Part shown: positions 38,100-48,540 of the stretch, in pieces | How positions within the stretch are numbered: the stretch's first letter is position 1 | Layout: every line of letters begins with the position of its first letter | NCBI GenBank assembly: GCA_016198755.1 | Contig: JACQIB010000001.1 | Span: 1 to 64,000, forward strand | Direction of reading: 5' to 3' | Length of the DNA stretch: 64,000 bases | Source: Candidatus Aenigmatarchaeota archaeon | GTDB lineage: Archaea > Aenigmatarchaeota > Aenigmatarchaeia > Aenigmatarchaeales > JACQIB01 | Program-made: the position numbers and the translations under genes | The notes under the pieces: model-generated | The model's input: the letters and a program-made list of their open reading frames with translations, nothing else | Database searches by the model: none | Told to the model about the DNA's origin: nothing

Positions 38100-39782
38100 G
38101 TGAATACAAGCATGAAAGAGCTGCTTTGGCACGGGTTAAAGGAGGCACTGGCACTTGAGATAGGGGTTCCTGTTGGTCTGATAGAAGAGCCAAATAGGGA
38201 GGGTCAGGGAGATTTTGCACTCCCCTGTTTTGAGTTGGCAAAGCAGCAAAAACGCGCTCCACAGGAAATAGCAAAGGAAATTGAAGAAAAACATAAAACT
38301 CCTGCATTCTTTTCTGAAGTGAAAGCACAGGGGCCATATGTTAATTTTTATGTTGATTGGATTGTTTTCGGACAGATACTTTTGGATAAAATAGACAGCA
38401 AGTTTGGAACAAAATTATGTAAAGGAAAAGTGCTTATAGAACATACAAGCATAAACCCGAATGCAAGCCCTCATGTAGGCAGGTCTAGGAATGCTATAAT
38501 CGGAGATACACTTACGAGAATACTCAGATACATGGGCTACAATGTTGAATCCCATTACTATGTGAATGATGTTGGAAAACAGATAGCTCTGATGGTTTAT
38601 TATTCACGCATGAAGAAAATAAAAAAGCTGGACTTTTCCAGTCTGTTAAAGTTGTACATAGAAGCAAATGAGTGGCAGGCTCAAAATCCAGGTGAGGAAG
38701 AAAAGGTCTTTAAACTTCTTTGGAACTATGAATCCGGAAATAAAAAGCTTCAGACTGAGTTTCATAGATTTGTGGATGTAGCATTGAAAGGACAGATAAA
38801 GGTTCTGGGAGAGTTAAACATAAGCTATGATAAGTTTGATTTTGAGAGTGATTATCTTAGGGGCAAAACAATACCAGCCATTCTAAAAAAGTTGGAAAGC
38901 ACAGGCAAACTTTTTGTAGATAGATATGGAAGGAAAGTGCTAGATCTTGCCGGCTTTAACATAGCAATGGAAAGCCCTGTTTTGGTTTTAACAAGAAGAG
39001 ACGGAACATCTCTCTACCAATTAAGAGATATTGCCTATACACTTGATAAAGTAAAGAAAGCAAAGGATTTGAATATACTTATTTTGGGTGAAGATCAGAA
39101 GCTTTATTTTCAGCAGCTTTCTTCTGCCCTGAAAATACTGGGATACGAATCTCCGGCTGTAGTTCACTATTCTTTCATTTTGCTCCCATCAGGCAAAATG
39201 AGCACCCGCACAGGGAATGTTGTTTTATTGGAAGATTTCATGGGCGAAGTCAAAGAAAAGGCAAAGGAGGAAGTCAAACAACGTTATCCGGAACTGAAAG
39301 AAAAAGAGCTAAATCGCAGAGCAAGTGCAATTTCAATTGCTGCTGTGCGTTATTCTATAATAAAGGTAGCTCCGGAAAAAAATGTTCTTTTTAAGCTGGA
39401 TGAAGCCCTAAAGTTCGAAGGAGATACAGGTCCATATATGCTATATACTTATGCGCGCGCAAACAGCGTACTTGAAAAAGCAAAGAAATGGAAGACTTAT
39501 TCTGCCGCAAAATTAGAAGATCCAAGGGAAAGATTTTTATTAAGGCTTCTGGCTCAGTATACATCAGTTCTGGAAAAAAGCAGGGAAGAATTGAGACCTC
39601 ATTATCTGGCTTCCTATACAAGGGAATTAGCAGATGGTTTCAATACTTTTTATCAGGTCCTGCCTGTTCTGAAAGCTGAGAAAGGTTTGAAAGAAGCCCG
39701 CCTACAGCTGGTTAAGGCAGTGAGAGATGTTTTAGGTTCAGCAATGATGCTGTTAGGGTTTACTCTTTTAGATGAAATGTAA
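38100..39782 (+). CDS. argS: Arginine--tRNA ligase
   Basis: EHTSINPNASPHVG, KMSTRTG, YTYAR and C-terminal EM motifs. Confidence 0.95.
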   Translation: MNTSMKELLWHGLKEALALEIGVPVGLIEEPNREGQGDFALPCFELAKQQKRAPQEIAKEIEEKHKTPAFFSEVKAQGPYVNFYVDWIVFGQILLDKIDSKFGTKLCKGKVLIEHTSINPNASPHVGRSRNAIIGDTLTRILRYMGYNVESHYYVNDVGKQIALMVYYSRMKKIKKLDFSSLLKLYIEANEWQAQNPGEEEKVFKLLWNYESGNKKLQTEFHRFVDVALKGQIKVLGELNISYDKFDFESDYLRGKTIPAILKKLESTGKLFVDRYGRKVLDLAGFNIAMESPVLVLTRRDGTSLYQLRDIAYTLDKVKKAKDLNILILGEDQKLYFQQLSSALKILGYESPAVVHYSFILLPSGKMSTRTGNVVLLEDFMGEVKEKAKEEVKQRYPELKEKELNRRASAISIAAVRYSIIKVAPEKNVLFKLDEALKFEGDTGPYMLYTYARANSVLEKAKKWKTYSAAKLEDPRERFLLRLLAQYTSVLEKSREELRPHYLASYTRELADGFNTFYQVLPVLKAEKGLKEARLQLVKAVRDVLGSAMMLLGFTLLDEM

Positions 39783-40298
39783 TCATCCATATCTGAGAAG
39801 TGACTGCAGCTTTTCTATTGAGGAGTTTGTATTGTTGGGATTTATGCCGAGTATTGGTATCTGGAACCTTTTTTTCCTCATTTCCTCTTCTATTTCCTCT
39901 ATTAAAATTCCTTTACCAGGAACATTTCTGTTTCCCTCCTCTATCTGGTAAACTGCACATGTAGGTGAAAATTCCACTCCAAGAATTCCTACAACCTTGT
40001 AGTTTTTAGAAAGGTAAAGTTCTATTTGTTTAATAACATCCTGTGCCATTTTCTTGCACAAAGTCCTGTAGGATTTTGTATCATAGGAACTTTTAGATCT
40101 CGGCTTTCTATTAAGCCCAGAGCCAAATTCCATTTCAGGGCAACCCATTTGTATAAGTCCAATTCCTGCTTCCCCAAGAATATCCAGAATATCCTTAAAA
40201 ACCCCAGGTTGTTTTGCTTTTCCCATTGCAGCAGCGTTCTGATTTAGTATACAGTGAGAAACAAAAACTATCTTTTTACCTCTTTGCATAAAATTCAC
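39783..40298 (-). CDS. CD3072/TudS-related (DUF523-like) Fe-S protein
   Basis: SHCILNQN, CPE and SPTC motifs. Confidence 0.75.
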   Translation of the reverse strand: MNFMQRGKKIVFVSHCILNQNAAAMGKAKQPGVFKDILDILGEAGIGLIQMGCPEMEFGSGLNRKPRSKSSYDTKSYRTLCKKMAQDVIKQIELYLSKNYKVVGILGVEFSPTCAVYQIEEGNRNVPGKGILIEEIEEEMRKKRFQIPILGINPNNTNSSIEKLQSLLRYG

Positions 40299-40538
40299 TT
40301 AGTATACTTTATAACAGTATATTATTTAAAGCACTATAGTTTTTACTTACATTGAGTGGTAAAGTTCAATTTGCGTACGTTTTTTGTCGTATAGTACTAT
40401 AGGTCAATTTAAAGCTCTTGCAGCTTCTAGTAACCATTGTATAGGAATTGCACAAAACAAAATTAACTCGCTCAGTAGAGTAAGTATTTAAACCTTTATA
40501 GCGAGGGTTTAAGTGCTTAATATTGATTCGGTGAATGT

Positions 40539-41669
40539 ATGCCAGCAAGAAGTATCTTAGAACAGGCACTAAATGCCAGAAAAGGCCAAATGCTTAGCCC
40601 AGAGGATAGATTGGCATTTCAAAGTATGTCTGTAACTGATGTTGCAGCTGCAGGTTATGAAATTTTGCGGGAAAAGGGGCGTTACACAAATGGCAGCCCA
40701 AATGGATACGCACCAAATACTTTGCATACCATTTATAGCGGTCTTAATGAAATGAATCCGGCTGCTTTGCCTTCGCTTGGTATAGATATTTCAACATTTA
40801 GTTTTGGACCTTTTAAAGATAGGGATTTAGGAGTATTCAGCCCAGGTACACAATACAAGACTTTGCCAAGAAAAGTGTTGGAAAGAAATGTTTTTACAAA
40901 AACAAGATTTGCACATCAACTATACGGGAGAGACAGAACAGACCCTCATGGAGTTACATTTTATGTTGGTCAGCTTGGAACAGATTTTGATATTTTAGGA
41001 TCAGCAGAAGTAATACGGCCAAGATATTTGAAAAGCTGCTACAGGGGAATAGGTGAGAGTTTCCTACAAACCATAAGGGCAGTTAGAGCTGCAGGAGGCG
41101 AGGCTACAATATGCATGAATGATGGGGATGATATTGCCCCCAATGCTATACAACTTCTAAAGGCTAGTGCAAGAGTGTTCTCTAGAGAGGGATTACAGGG
41201 GCTTGATGCACAGCAGCGCTTTATAGTTATCGACAGGATGGCAATTTCCCAGGACTGGCGGGAAACATTTGAACAGGCAGCAAGAGCACAACTGTCTCCA
41301 TATACGCCGCAGGAGCTTTCTAGAAAAGTTGGTATAGAAAAATTATCTGAAAGAAGGGCAGATGCTATGATGAAAGAAAAGAAGCCCAGCTATCTGGAAG
41401 GAGTGTCTATAGATGAAGCCCTTAAAACAACTATAGTGAAGAGGAGTCCAAGGGTAGCTTTCATACGGAGGAGAATTTTCACAGGTGACAGGATAATTAG
41501 CAGAGAGCCGCAGATGCACAGGGAAGCCAGATTTACTGTTATGACAGGCTATATAGCACTTGCTGATATGTACAAGGCCCAGCTGCGCTTGATTTCTAAT
41601 ACGCAGCCTGAAATGACTCTTGGAGAAAACGATAGTTTGGTTGTTGGTGGAGCTTTAATGGCTGCTTAA
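40539..41669 (+). CDS. Hypothetical protein (376 aa)
   Basis: Long ORF with RBS GGTGA; no recognised motif. Confidence 0.7.
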   Translation: MPARSILEQALNARKGQMLSPEDRLAFQSMSVTDVAAAGYEILREKGRYTNGSPNGYAPNTLHTIYSGLNEMNPAALPSLGIDISTFSFGPFKDRDLGVFSPGTQYKTLPRKVLERNVFTKTRFAHQLYGRDRTDPHGVTFYVGQLGTDFDILGSAEVIRPRYLKSCYRGIGESFLQTIRAVRAAGGEATICMNDGDDIAPNAIQLLKASARVFSREGLQGLDAQQRFIVIDRMAISQDWRETFEQAARAQLSPYTPQELSRKVGIEKLSERRADAMMKEKKPSYLEGVSIDEALKTTIVKRSPRVAFIRRRIFTGDRIISREPQMHREARFTVMTGYIALADMYKAQLRLISNTQPEMTLGENDSLVVGGALMAA

Positions 41670-42529
41670 GCTTCCCTTAATTTATTCCACCAGAATTCAA
41701 AATTTTCTTTCAAAACAGAAACTATTATGGAGTTGTCTAAGAACAGCAATTCGTATACAAACATTTCATCAGAGCCAGCTCCTCCGCTGTCAGGATCTGC
41801 ACCACTTAGTGGAGTTTTATAAATAATAGCTGCTTCTTTTCCATCTGCTATGTTACAGCGCAAATTACCTGTATAGCCTACCCTGACATCCATACCTAAG
41901 TTTTTGGCAATTTCTATATTTTTTTCTGTGGGGTTACCATGTTGATAAGATTTCACAACTGCTCTAATTTTTATACCTTTTTTGATAATCTTCCTAATTA
42001 TTTTTTGGCTTTCTTTAACCCAGGACAAATCTCCAGAAAATACAACAAGTTCATTTTTTGCCTTCTGTTCTATTTCTTCCAGCGTCTTAGTAACATGCCC
42101 CTTCCTTTCTATATACCAAATGTTCCATTTCTCTTCCCTATAAATTTCATTACTCCCAACATTTTGCAGTATGTTTGAAAGGCTTTTTGCAATTTGTTCT
42201 TCTGCTTCAAGTTTCTTTTCAAATTCAGCCTTTCTGGCTTTTATATAATTTACAAGAGAAACTTTTGGATTAACCAGTCTGAATGTTTTTGGTCTACCTT
42301 TGCTTATGAGAACAAGACCCTTTTTCTGCAAATCTTCCAGTGTATCATAGATTCTTGGTAAAGGTATGTTTCCAAGCTTTGATATCTTATCAGCTGAAAG
42401 TGATCCATACTTAACAAGAGCCATAAAAGCCTTCATCTCATATTCTTTTAATCCCAAATCCTTTGACAGGTTCTCTGCATCTCTCAATTCAGCCATATTT
42501 TTCACTCTTTTAACCGTGTAAAAGTTCAA
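41666..42529 (-). CDS. TrmB-family transcriptional regulator
   Basis: LGLKEYE..IPLPRIYDTLEDLQKKGLV..GRPKTF, plus an effector domain. Confidence 0.88.
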   Translation of the reverse strand: MNFYTVKRVKNMAELRDAENLSKDLGLKEYEMKAFMALVKYGSLSADKISKLGNIPLPRIYDTLEDLQKKGLVLISKGRPKTFRLVNPKVSLVNYIKARKAEFEKKLEAEEQIAKSLSNILQNVGSNEIYREEKWNIWYIERKGHVTKTLEEIEQKAKNELVVFSGDLSWVKESQKIIRKIIKKGIKIRAVVKSYQHGNPTEKNIEIAKNLGMDVRVGYTGNLRCNIADGKEAAIIYKTPLSGADPDSGGAGSDEMFVYELLFLDNSIIVSVLKENFEFWWNKLREA

Positions 42530-42625
42530 AGTTCTTCTTGTGCAGAACTATTTAAACCTTCTGCACATACAGGTCGATTTTTGTTAACGCTTAAATAGTT
42601 CTTTCCCATATTCAGAGCAAAGGAG

Positions 42626-45600
42626 GTGAAAAAAATGGGATATGGATGGGGAAAGGATTTGAAAAAGCCCGAGTTTACAAAAGTCTCGGATGTTATTTGG
42701 GAGATTCCAACAAGCTTTAAGAAAGGAATGAACGTTCCAGCAAGAATATACGCAACAAAGCAGATTCTGGATCAGATGGACCTGATGGTTTTTGACCAGA
42801 TAACAAATGTAGCAACGCTTCCAGGAATTTTGAAATATGCTTACTGTATGCCGGATGGACACAGCGGCTACGGATTTCCAATAGGCGGAGTTGCAGCAAT
42901 GGATGCTGTTGAAGGTGTGATATCACCTGGAGGGATCGGATTTGATATCAACTGCCTCCACCCAGACTCAAAAATTTCTCTTTCCAATGGGACTTGGAAA
43001 AAGGTTTCTGATTTAGAGCATGAATGGGAAAATAAAAGAGTAAAGTTTTTTAATATAGAAAACAAAGCAGTTGAAAATGCCACACCCATTATGTTCATGA
43101 AACGTATGGAGGATAATAGTATTTTTGAAATAGTAACAGAAAGCGGAAGAAAAATAAATGTTACGGCAGAACACCCCATTCTAACTCAAAGAGGGTTTAT
43201 CAGAGCCGATAATCTGAAAGAAACAGATAATGTTTACACTCAGCCATTCAGCGGTGTAGAATACGAGAAGCCATCCGACGAGGTCATAGTTTCCTATGTT
43301 GACATAGAAAGAATTTTGGATGTCATAGGAATAACAAACTCTGGAAACGCAAGAGTTCAAATTTTAAATACACTTAAAAGAGTTGGTTTAAATGAAATAC
43401 GGTACAATTCCACGGCCCTGCCAGCTATTTTGAAAATAATGGGATTTGTTTTTGGAGATGGTTGCATATCTATATTGTCAAAAATAAAAAAAGGGATGAC
43501 AGCCTTTTATGGGAAAAAAGAAGATTTAGAAACTATAAAGGAAGACATAAAAAGTTTAGGGTTTAAAGCACAAAATATTTTTTCAAGGCAACGAAAACAT
43601 AAAATAGAAACTTATTATGGAACAAGCGAATTCGATTTTACAGAGCACTCTCTTTTAAAAAAATCCACAGGATTTGCAGCACTTCTCATAGCACTGGGTA
43701 CGCCACATGGAATTAAAACCTCTCAACCTTACAGGATTCCAAAATGGATAATGAAAGCACCTCTATGGCAGAAAAGACTATTTCTCGCAGCATTTTTTGG
43801 AGCAGAGCTTTCCTCTCCAAAAACTATTAATGCATATAATTTTTATATGCATCAGTTAAATATGAACAAACTAGAAATTCTAAAAGAAAATGGCGAAGAA
43901 TTTTTAAATGATATACGTCTACTGCTTTCTGAATTCTGTATAACATCTACATATCCCACTATAGTAGAAGGTAACCAGTATGTAGGCAAAAAAGGAAAAA
44001 CTATAGGTTTAAGAATTTGTATACATTCAAATCCGGACAATTTGGTCAAGCTCTATGAAAATGTGGGATACGAATATAATAAAGAAAAGTCAAATTTGGC
44101 CTGCCTTGCAGCAAATTACACACGCCTAAAGGAATCCATAAAATCACATAGGAGTGACATACGTACTTTGGCTCTTGAAATGTATAAATCAGGCGAAAGA
44201 CCGCGGGATATTAGAGCCGCTTTACTACAAGAAAACATATCAAAAAATTTTATAAACCATTCTATATGGCCTGATAGGAGCAATAATGTAAGGTTGCCTG
44301 CCGCATCAATTACTTTTGCTTTTGATGAATTCAAGAAAAATCTTATAGGAGATGGCATTGTTATCGACAAAATAAAAAAGATCGAACAACACCCCTATAA
44401 AGGATTTGTATATGATATTACAATTAACAATGAAAACCACAATTTTATAGCCAATAATATTATTTCTCACAATTGTGGAATGAGACTTGTTACTACAAAC
44501 CTTACTCTGAAGGATGTACAGCCTAAGCTGAAAGAACTTGTGGATAAGTTGTTCCAGAAGGTTCCAGCGGGAGTTGGTTCAGAAGGTTTTCTAAAGCTTA
44601 CAAAAGATGAGTTCAGGAAAGTTGTTGAGGAAGGGGCAGAGTGGTGCGTGAAAAAAGGATATGGATGGGAGGAAGATTTGCAGAGGACAGAGCTGTATGG
44701 GAGATGTAAGGATGCTGATGCAAAGAAAATCAGCCAGAAATCTGTGGATAGGGGGTATAGCCAGATAGGAACTTTAGGTTCTGGAAATCATTATTTGGAA
44801 ATACAGCATGTAAAACCAGAGAACATTATTGACAAGGCTACAGCAAAGGCATTCGGAATTTTCCCTGATCAGGTTGTAATAATGTTTCACTGCGGTTCCC
44901 GCGGGTTTGGCCATCAGGTTGCAACAGATTATCTTAACACTTTCCTTTCTGTAATGGAAAGCAAATATAAAATAAAGATTTTAGACAGGGAACTTGCATG
45001 TGCTCCGTTTAATTCTCCGGAAGGACAGGATTACTTTACTGCAATGAAATGCGGAATAAATATGAGCTTTGCAAATAGACAGGTTATTCTGCACAGGATT
45101 CGTGAAGTCTTTTCAGATGTTTTCAAACAGCCAGCAGATAAAATGGGTTTACAAATGGTTTATGATGTTGCCCACAACAGAGGTTCTTTGGAAAAGCATT
45201 TAGTGGATGGTAGCTGGAGGGAAGTTATTGTACACAGAAAGGGGGCTACTGCGTGCTTTGGTCCCAACAGAACTGAAGTGCCAAAAATCTGGCAATCCAC
45301 TGGTCAGCCCGTAATTATTGGTGGTTCAATGGAAACAGGTTCATACCTTTTAGTTGGTACAGATAAGGCAGCAGAAACATTTTTTTCAACTGCCCACGGA
45401 GCAGGCAGAACAATGAGCAGGACAAAAGCAAAGGGATTATGGAGAGGGGAACAACTTGTGAAAGATATGCAGAAGAAGGGAATTTACGTGCGCACAGTAT
45501 CTTTCCCAGGATTAGCTGAAGAGGCTGGTGGAGCTTACAAAGATATAGATTCTGTTATAAATGCTGCAGATTTGGCTGGTATTTCAAAGAAAGTTACAAA

Positions 45601-45631
45601 ACTTGTTCCAATAGGAAACGTAAAAGGTTAG
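42626..45631 (+). CDS. rtcB: RNA-splicing ligase RtcB containing an intein
   Basis: MPDGH, GFDIN|C, GTLGSGNHY, HCGSRG, YDVAHN, HRKGAT and STAHGAGR motifs. Confidence 0.96.
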   Translation: MKKMGYGWGKDLKKPEFTKVSDVIWEIPTSFKKGMNVPARIYATKQILDQMDLMVFDQITNVATLPGILKYAYCMPDGHSGYGFPIGGVAAMDAVEGVISPGGIGFDINCLHPDSKISLSNGTWKKVSDLEHEWENKRVKFFNIENKAVENATPIMFMKRMEDNSIFEIVTESGRKINVTAEHPILTQRGFIRADNLKETDNVYTQPFSGVEYEKPSDEVIVSYVDIERILDVIGITNSGNARVQILNTLKRVGLNEIRYNSTALPAILKIMGFVFGDGCISILSKIKKGMTAFYGKKEDLETIKEDIKSLGFKAQNIFSRQRKHKIETYYGTSEFDFTEHSLLKKSTGFAALLIALGTPHGIKTSQPYRIPKWIMKAPLWQKRLFLAAFFGAELSSPKTINAYNFYMHQLNMNKLEILKENGEEFLNDIRLLLSEFCITSTYPTIVEGNQYVGKKGKTIGLRICIHSNPDNLVKLYENVGYEYNKEKSNLACLAANYTRLKESIKSHRSDIRTLALEMYKSGERPRDIRAALLQENISKNFINHSIWPDRSNNVRLPAASITFAFDEFKKNLIGDGIVIDKIKKIEQHPYKGFVYDITINNENHNFIANNIISHNCGMRLVTTNLTLKDVQPKLKELVDKLFQKVPAGVGSEGFLKLTKDEFRKVVEEGAEWCVKKGYGWEEDLQRTELYGRCKDADAKKISQKSVDRGYSQIGTLGSGNHYLEIQHVKPENIIDKATAKAFGIFPDQVVIMFHCGSRGFGHQVATDYLNTFLSVMESKYKIKILDRELACAPFNSPEGQDYFTAMKCGINMSFANRQVILHRIREVFSDVFKQPADKMGLQMVYDVAHNRGSLEKHLVDGSWREVIVHRKGATACFGPNRTEVPKIWQSTGQPVIIGGSMETGSYLLVGTDKAAETFFSTAHGAGRTMSRTKAKGLWRGEQLVKDMQKKGIYVRTVSFPGLAEEAGGAYKDIDSVINAADLAGISKKVTKLVPIGNVKG
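42953..44473 (+). mobile_element. Intein (507 aa) with a LAGLIDADG endonuclease domain
   Basis: Starts CLHPD; block B TAEHP; GFVFGDG and FLAAFFGAE motifs; ends SHN followed by extein Cys. Confidence 0.93.
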
Positions 45632-45685
45632 TCTCGCTATCTACTGCCTATTTAAAATAGCCAATCAATTATTTGCTGTGATAGT

Positions 45686-47191
45686 ATGTTCAATCTTAAA
45701 GGTTTTTTACAGCTAAGTAAGGAAGCTAAAATACCAGAGCTAAAGGGCTGGGTAAAGGAAGCAAACGAAACAATACTGAAGAAGGGAGCAGACCTTAAAG
45801 TCTCAAAGCCTTCCAAAATAACGGTAGCAGAAATAAAAAAAGACAGGCTTTATCTTACAATAGAGGGGGAATACCCGCGCCCGCACGATGCTTTGCAGAG
45901 GTTTAGGAAATTTTTTGCTGAGAAGGCTGGAAAAGAGCACAAAATTGGAGTTAGGGGACAGATAGCAGAAGAATACTCAGCTGTTTTTGAGCTGGAGCAG
46001 AAAGCTCTGAAAACTGTTTCAGTGCCGTTTGCTGAGGTTAAAATAGACGGAAAGAAGTGTTCTCTGAAATTCAAGGATTTGACAGAGGATTTCCTGCAGA
46101 AAAACTATATTGACAGGATAATGAATCTTGTAAAAGAAAAAATAAAATACCAGTTTTATGAGGGCAAAGACGAATTTTCACAAACTACATGGACAGGAAA
46201 AGAGAGGCCCACAAAATACAGGTCTGATCCTTCAGAGGATCTGGAAAATAAATTATGGATAAAGCGCACAGCAAGCAAAGGCCAGTGGGTTATAGGCAGA
46301 GAGTTCACTGTTTTTCTAAACTCCCTAAAAACCCTTATGAAAGAGAATGTTTTCAAAAAGCTCGGTTTTCAGGAGATGATTTTTCCTAAGTTTGAATACT
46401 GGGATTATCCAAAAGGATCAGGCCACGCAAATACCATATATCCTAATGCCTATTTTGTAATGGTTCCGAAAAATAGTTCTACAGAGTTCTGGGAACCTGT
46501 TTCAGACCACTATAAAATAACAAAAGAAATAGACAAAAAAGGAATATTGGAGAGGGTAGAGTCTGTTGGTATAATGAGCTATGCTCAGTGCCCGCCATTC
46601 TGGGCTTTACTCCAGCAATCAACAGTGGATGAGAGCTCTTTGCCATTGAAAGTTTTTGACTGGTCAGGTCCAACATACAGGAACGAGGCAGGCGGAACGC
46701 ATGGTTTGGACAGGCTTGAGGAATTCAGGAGGATTGAGATGATTTGGGTTGCCAAAAAAGAGGATGAGATAAAGATTTGGAAGGATATTGTTGAGTCTTT
46801 AAAGAACTTTTATGATAAGGTTCTTGATTTGGAAATAAGAACAGACAGGGTAACACCATGGTGGATGGCTCATGCAGGTATAAGGACTGATAAGGGAACA
46901 GATGAGATGGGAACAATAGATTTCAATGCTTATCTTCCATACAGAGGGGATAGGAAGCAGGAATGGCTGGAAATACAGAATGCAAGTTCTAATGGAATCA
47001 AGTATACTGACGGGTTTGGCGTGAAACTTCCTAAAGGAGAACTATGGTCTGGATGCGCTGGTGCAGGATTAGACAGGATTGCTGTAGCTTTGTTAGCGCA
47101 GAAAGGAGTTAATCCAAAAGACTGGCCTTCTGCCCTGACAGATTTGGTTCTTCCGGATTTGCAAAACATAAATCCGCTCAAGCTGCTGTAA
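45686..47191 (+). CDS. serS: Serine--tRNA ligase, methanogen (Zn-dependent) type
   Basis: YAQCPPFW, SGPTYRNEAGG..GLDRLEEFRRIE and WSGCAGAGLDR motifs; long N-terminal domain. Confidence 0.88.
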   Translation: MFNLKGFLQLSKEAKIPELKGWVKEANETILKKGADLKVSKPSKITVAEIKKDRLYLTIEGEYPRPHDALQRFRKFFAEKAGKEHKIGVRGQIAEEYSAVFELEQKALKTVSVPFAEVKIDGKKCSLKFKDLTEDFLQKNYIDRIMNLVKEKIKYQFYEGKDEFSQTTWTGKERPTKYRSDPSEDLENKLWIKRTASKGQWVIGREFTVFLNSLKTLMKENVFKKLGFQEMIFPKFEYWDYPKGSGHANTIYPNAYFVMVPKNSSTEFWEPVSDHYKITKEIDKKGILERVESVGIMSYAQCPPFWALLQQSTVDESSLPLKVFDWSGPTYRNEAGGTHGLDRLEEFRRIEMIWVAKKEDEIKIWKDIVESLKNFYDKVLDLEIRTDRVTPWWMAHAGIRTDKGTDEMGTIDFNAYLPYRGDRKQEWLEIQNASSNGIKYTDGFGVKLPKGELWSGCAGAGLDRIAVALLAQKGVNPKDWPSALTDLVLPDLQNINPLKLL

Positions 47192-47221
47192 GCTTTTAAG
47201 CTATATGTCCATAAACTGGAT

Positions 47222-48109
47222 ATGCAAAAAACTCCAGTTGTTTTAATAACAGGATATTTAGGTTCAGGAAAAACTACTTTACTGCGCAAAGTAATAGAAG
47301 AGATGAAAGGAAGGAAAATAGCAGTTTTAATGAACGAATTTGGTTCCATTGGGATAGACGGTAGGGTTTTGAAAGGGAAAGCCGTGGAAATGGTTGAGCT
47401 GAGCGGGGGTTGTGTTTGCTGCTCTTTAACAGGTGAGTTTGAGGCTGCAGTAAAGGAAATACTTGAGAAAATAAAGCCAGAGTATATTTTTGTTGAAACC
47501 ACTGGATTAGCAGAGCCCGATACAATAGTTGGTCTCTTGCAGGATACTATAGCTGATGTGCGCATAGACAGTATAATTTGCATAGCAGATGCAGATTCTC
47601 TCTTGCGTTTTCCAACCCTTGGACATACAGGACGGGTCCAGATTGAACTGGCTGATATTATTCTGCTGAACAAGATAGATTTAGTTCCTTCAGAAAAATT
47701 GCTGGAAATAGAGCATATGCTTAGGGAACTTAATCCAAAAGCAGAAATAACAAGAACGAACCACTGTTCAGTTTCCATTGTTTACCTATTGGGTTTGTAC
47801 ACCCCGAAAGAAATTGAAACCCATGAAAAAGAAGAGCATATACAAGAGGAGTTTTTTTCCTTCAAAAGCGCTGCAGTTTTCAATAGGGAAAAGTTTGAAA
47901 GCTTTTCTTCAGGCCTCCCAGAGAATATTTTCCGTGCAAAAGGGTTTATTGTTTTTCCAGAAGGTGGATTCCTGTTCAATTTTGTTGCAGGAAGGTTTGA
48001 ACTTGAGCCTTTCCCAACAAAGGCCACGGAGCTTGTTTTTATAGGCGGATGCGCCAATTCAGTTAAAGAAAGTCTGTTTGATAAACTGAAAGAATGTGAA
48101 GAAAAATGA
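47222..48109 (+). CDS. COG0523/CobW-family metallochaperone GTPase
   Basis: GYLGSGKTT, NEFG, GCVCC, ETTG, NKID and RAKG motifs. Confidence 0.92.
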   Translation: MQKTPVVLITGYLGSGKTTLLRKVIEEMKGRKIAVLMNEFGSIGIDGRVLKGKAVEMVELSGGCVCCSLTGEFEAAVKEILEKIKPEYIFVETTGLAEPDTIVGLLQDTIADVRIDSIICIADADSLLRFPTLGHTGRVQIELADIILLNKIDLVPSEKLLEIEHMLRELNPKAEITRTNHCSVSIVYLLGLYTPKEIETHEKEEHIQEEFFSFKSAAVFNREKFESFSSGLPENIFRAKGFIVFPEGGFLFNFVAGRFELEPFPTKATELVFIGGCANSVKESLFDKLKECEEK

Positions 48110-48540
48110 GCTACAAATTTCTAGAAGATATTGCAATAGCTGATGTGGCCTTTGAGGCCGACGGAAAAACAATTGAAAATATGTTTGAACAGGCTGGGCT
48201 TGCTTTGGAAAATACAATGGTTAAGGAACTGGAAACCGTAAAAACAACTGATAAGAGGAAAATAACAGCAGAGGGAAAGGATACGGAAACATTACTGCAC
48301 AATTTCTTGGAGGAACTGGTTTACATAAAGGACGCTGAACTTTTGCTTTTTTCCAAGTTTTCAGGCACAAAAATAGCTGAAAAAAATGGAAAGTGGTTCA
48401 TGGAAACCACTGGATTGGGCGAGCCTTTAAACCAAAAGAAACATGAGCTTTTAGTGGATGTAAAAGCAGTGAGCTGGCATAAGTTTTCTGTATCAAAGGT
48501 TAGAGGGGGCTTCAAATCAACAGTAATTCTGGATATTTAA
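48106..48540 (+). CDS. Archease
   Basis: ADVAF, VKAVSWH and C-terminal ILDI motifs. Confidence 0.9.
   Translation: MSYKFLEDIAIADVAFEADGKTIENMFEQAGLALENTMVKELETVKTTDKRKITAEGKDTETLLHNFLEELVYIKDAELLLFSKFSGTKIAEKNGKWFMETTGLGEPLNQKKHELLVDVKAVSWHKFSVSKVRGGFKSTVILDI

Noticed and set aside
46930-47778. 282-aa minus-strand ORF
   Set aside because: Antisense shadow of serS and the cobW-like gene, with no motifs
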